Positions 63,565 through 64,000 of a stretch of 64,000 nucleotides of DNA are shown piece after piece; within the stretch, counting starts at the first letter, position 1, and every line of letters starts with the position of its first letter. A program made the translations under genes and the position numbers. A model generated the notes under the pieces. That model saw only the letters and a program-made list of their open reading frames with translations, was not told the DNA's origin and made no database searches. Source of the stretch: Octopus bimaculoides (lineage: Eukaryota); the NCBI RefSeq assembly GCF_001194135.2, contig NC_068987.1, forward strand, positions 100,692,088 to 100,756,087. Reading direction: 5' to 3'.

Positions 63565-64000
63565 AAACTGAACGCTTCGCTCTTAGCGCGGCAGGTTTAC
63601 AGGAACCGGATTAGCGAATTAATTAAGAGGGCGTTAACAGGAGCCATCGACAACAACCGCTGGTGGTTTGCCCTGAAAATGGCAATCAAATCGGAATCTA
63701 TTAGGTTTAGTAAAGAACTAGCGATAGATCGAAATAGAGTAGAGGGAGACTTAGTTAAGAAACTAGAAGAGGCACTTACAACTGGCAGCGCAACCAACGT
63801 TTTGGCTGCGAGGATGGCCCTCGACCAACACCTCAACGCCAAACACGAAGGTTGCGTCGTCAGAGCTAAAATGCGTGCCTTAAGGAACGAAGGGATCGAA
63901 GCTGCGCGAGAAGCCCGGGTGGCGGAGGCGCAACGCGGTAACAGAGCCACCATTCGGTCTCTAATCGATGAACAGGGATGTAGTCTGCTCGAACCCGAAA
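63565..64000 (+). mobile_element. Tx1/L1-clade LINE ORF2 segment (end of APE plus linker), stop-free to the window end
   Basis: 145 open codons: KLNASLLARQVYRNRISELIKRALTGAIDNNRWWFALKMAIKSESIRFSKE...HEGCVVRAKMRALRNEG...ATIRSLIDEQG. KLNxSLL, WWxxLK and GxxVRAK are typical of the region after the endonuclease in L1/Tx1 ORF2. The 5' end is truncated at (CTAT)n. Confidence 0.8.

Overview
AT-rich, microsatellite-dense eukaryotic DNA with 20 assembly gaps, most flanked by (AT)n, (CA)n or (GATA)n tracts. The repeat families look like those of an octopus (coleoid cephalopod) short-read assembly; this is inferred from recognisable SINE/LINE families, not from a database match. I could not identify a host protein-coding exon, and nearly every long ORF in the supplied track is an artefact of N-gaps or microsatellites. 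The window is intergenic or intronic and is made of decayed mobile elements: three tRNA-derived SINE families; CR1-, Tx1- and R4/Dong-clade LINE fragments; Tc1/mariner DNA transposons (a TIR-to-TIR DD37D/maT copy, a second maT family and mariner-type pieces); and several unrelated foldback palindromes. The most notable structures are: (1) a 4-kb nest of five R4/Dong fragments with four different 3' ends, each 3' end flush with (TAA)n; (2) a 3' stem-loop tail shared by three CR1-like LINE copies and one SINE family, a candidate SINE-LINE partnership; (3) a stop-free Tx1-like ORF2 segment running off the window end; (4) long imperfect hairpins; (5) a GC-rich, decayed Gln/Arg/Tyr/Asn-rich coding-like segment of unknown origin. 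I found no convincing novel multi-gene system.
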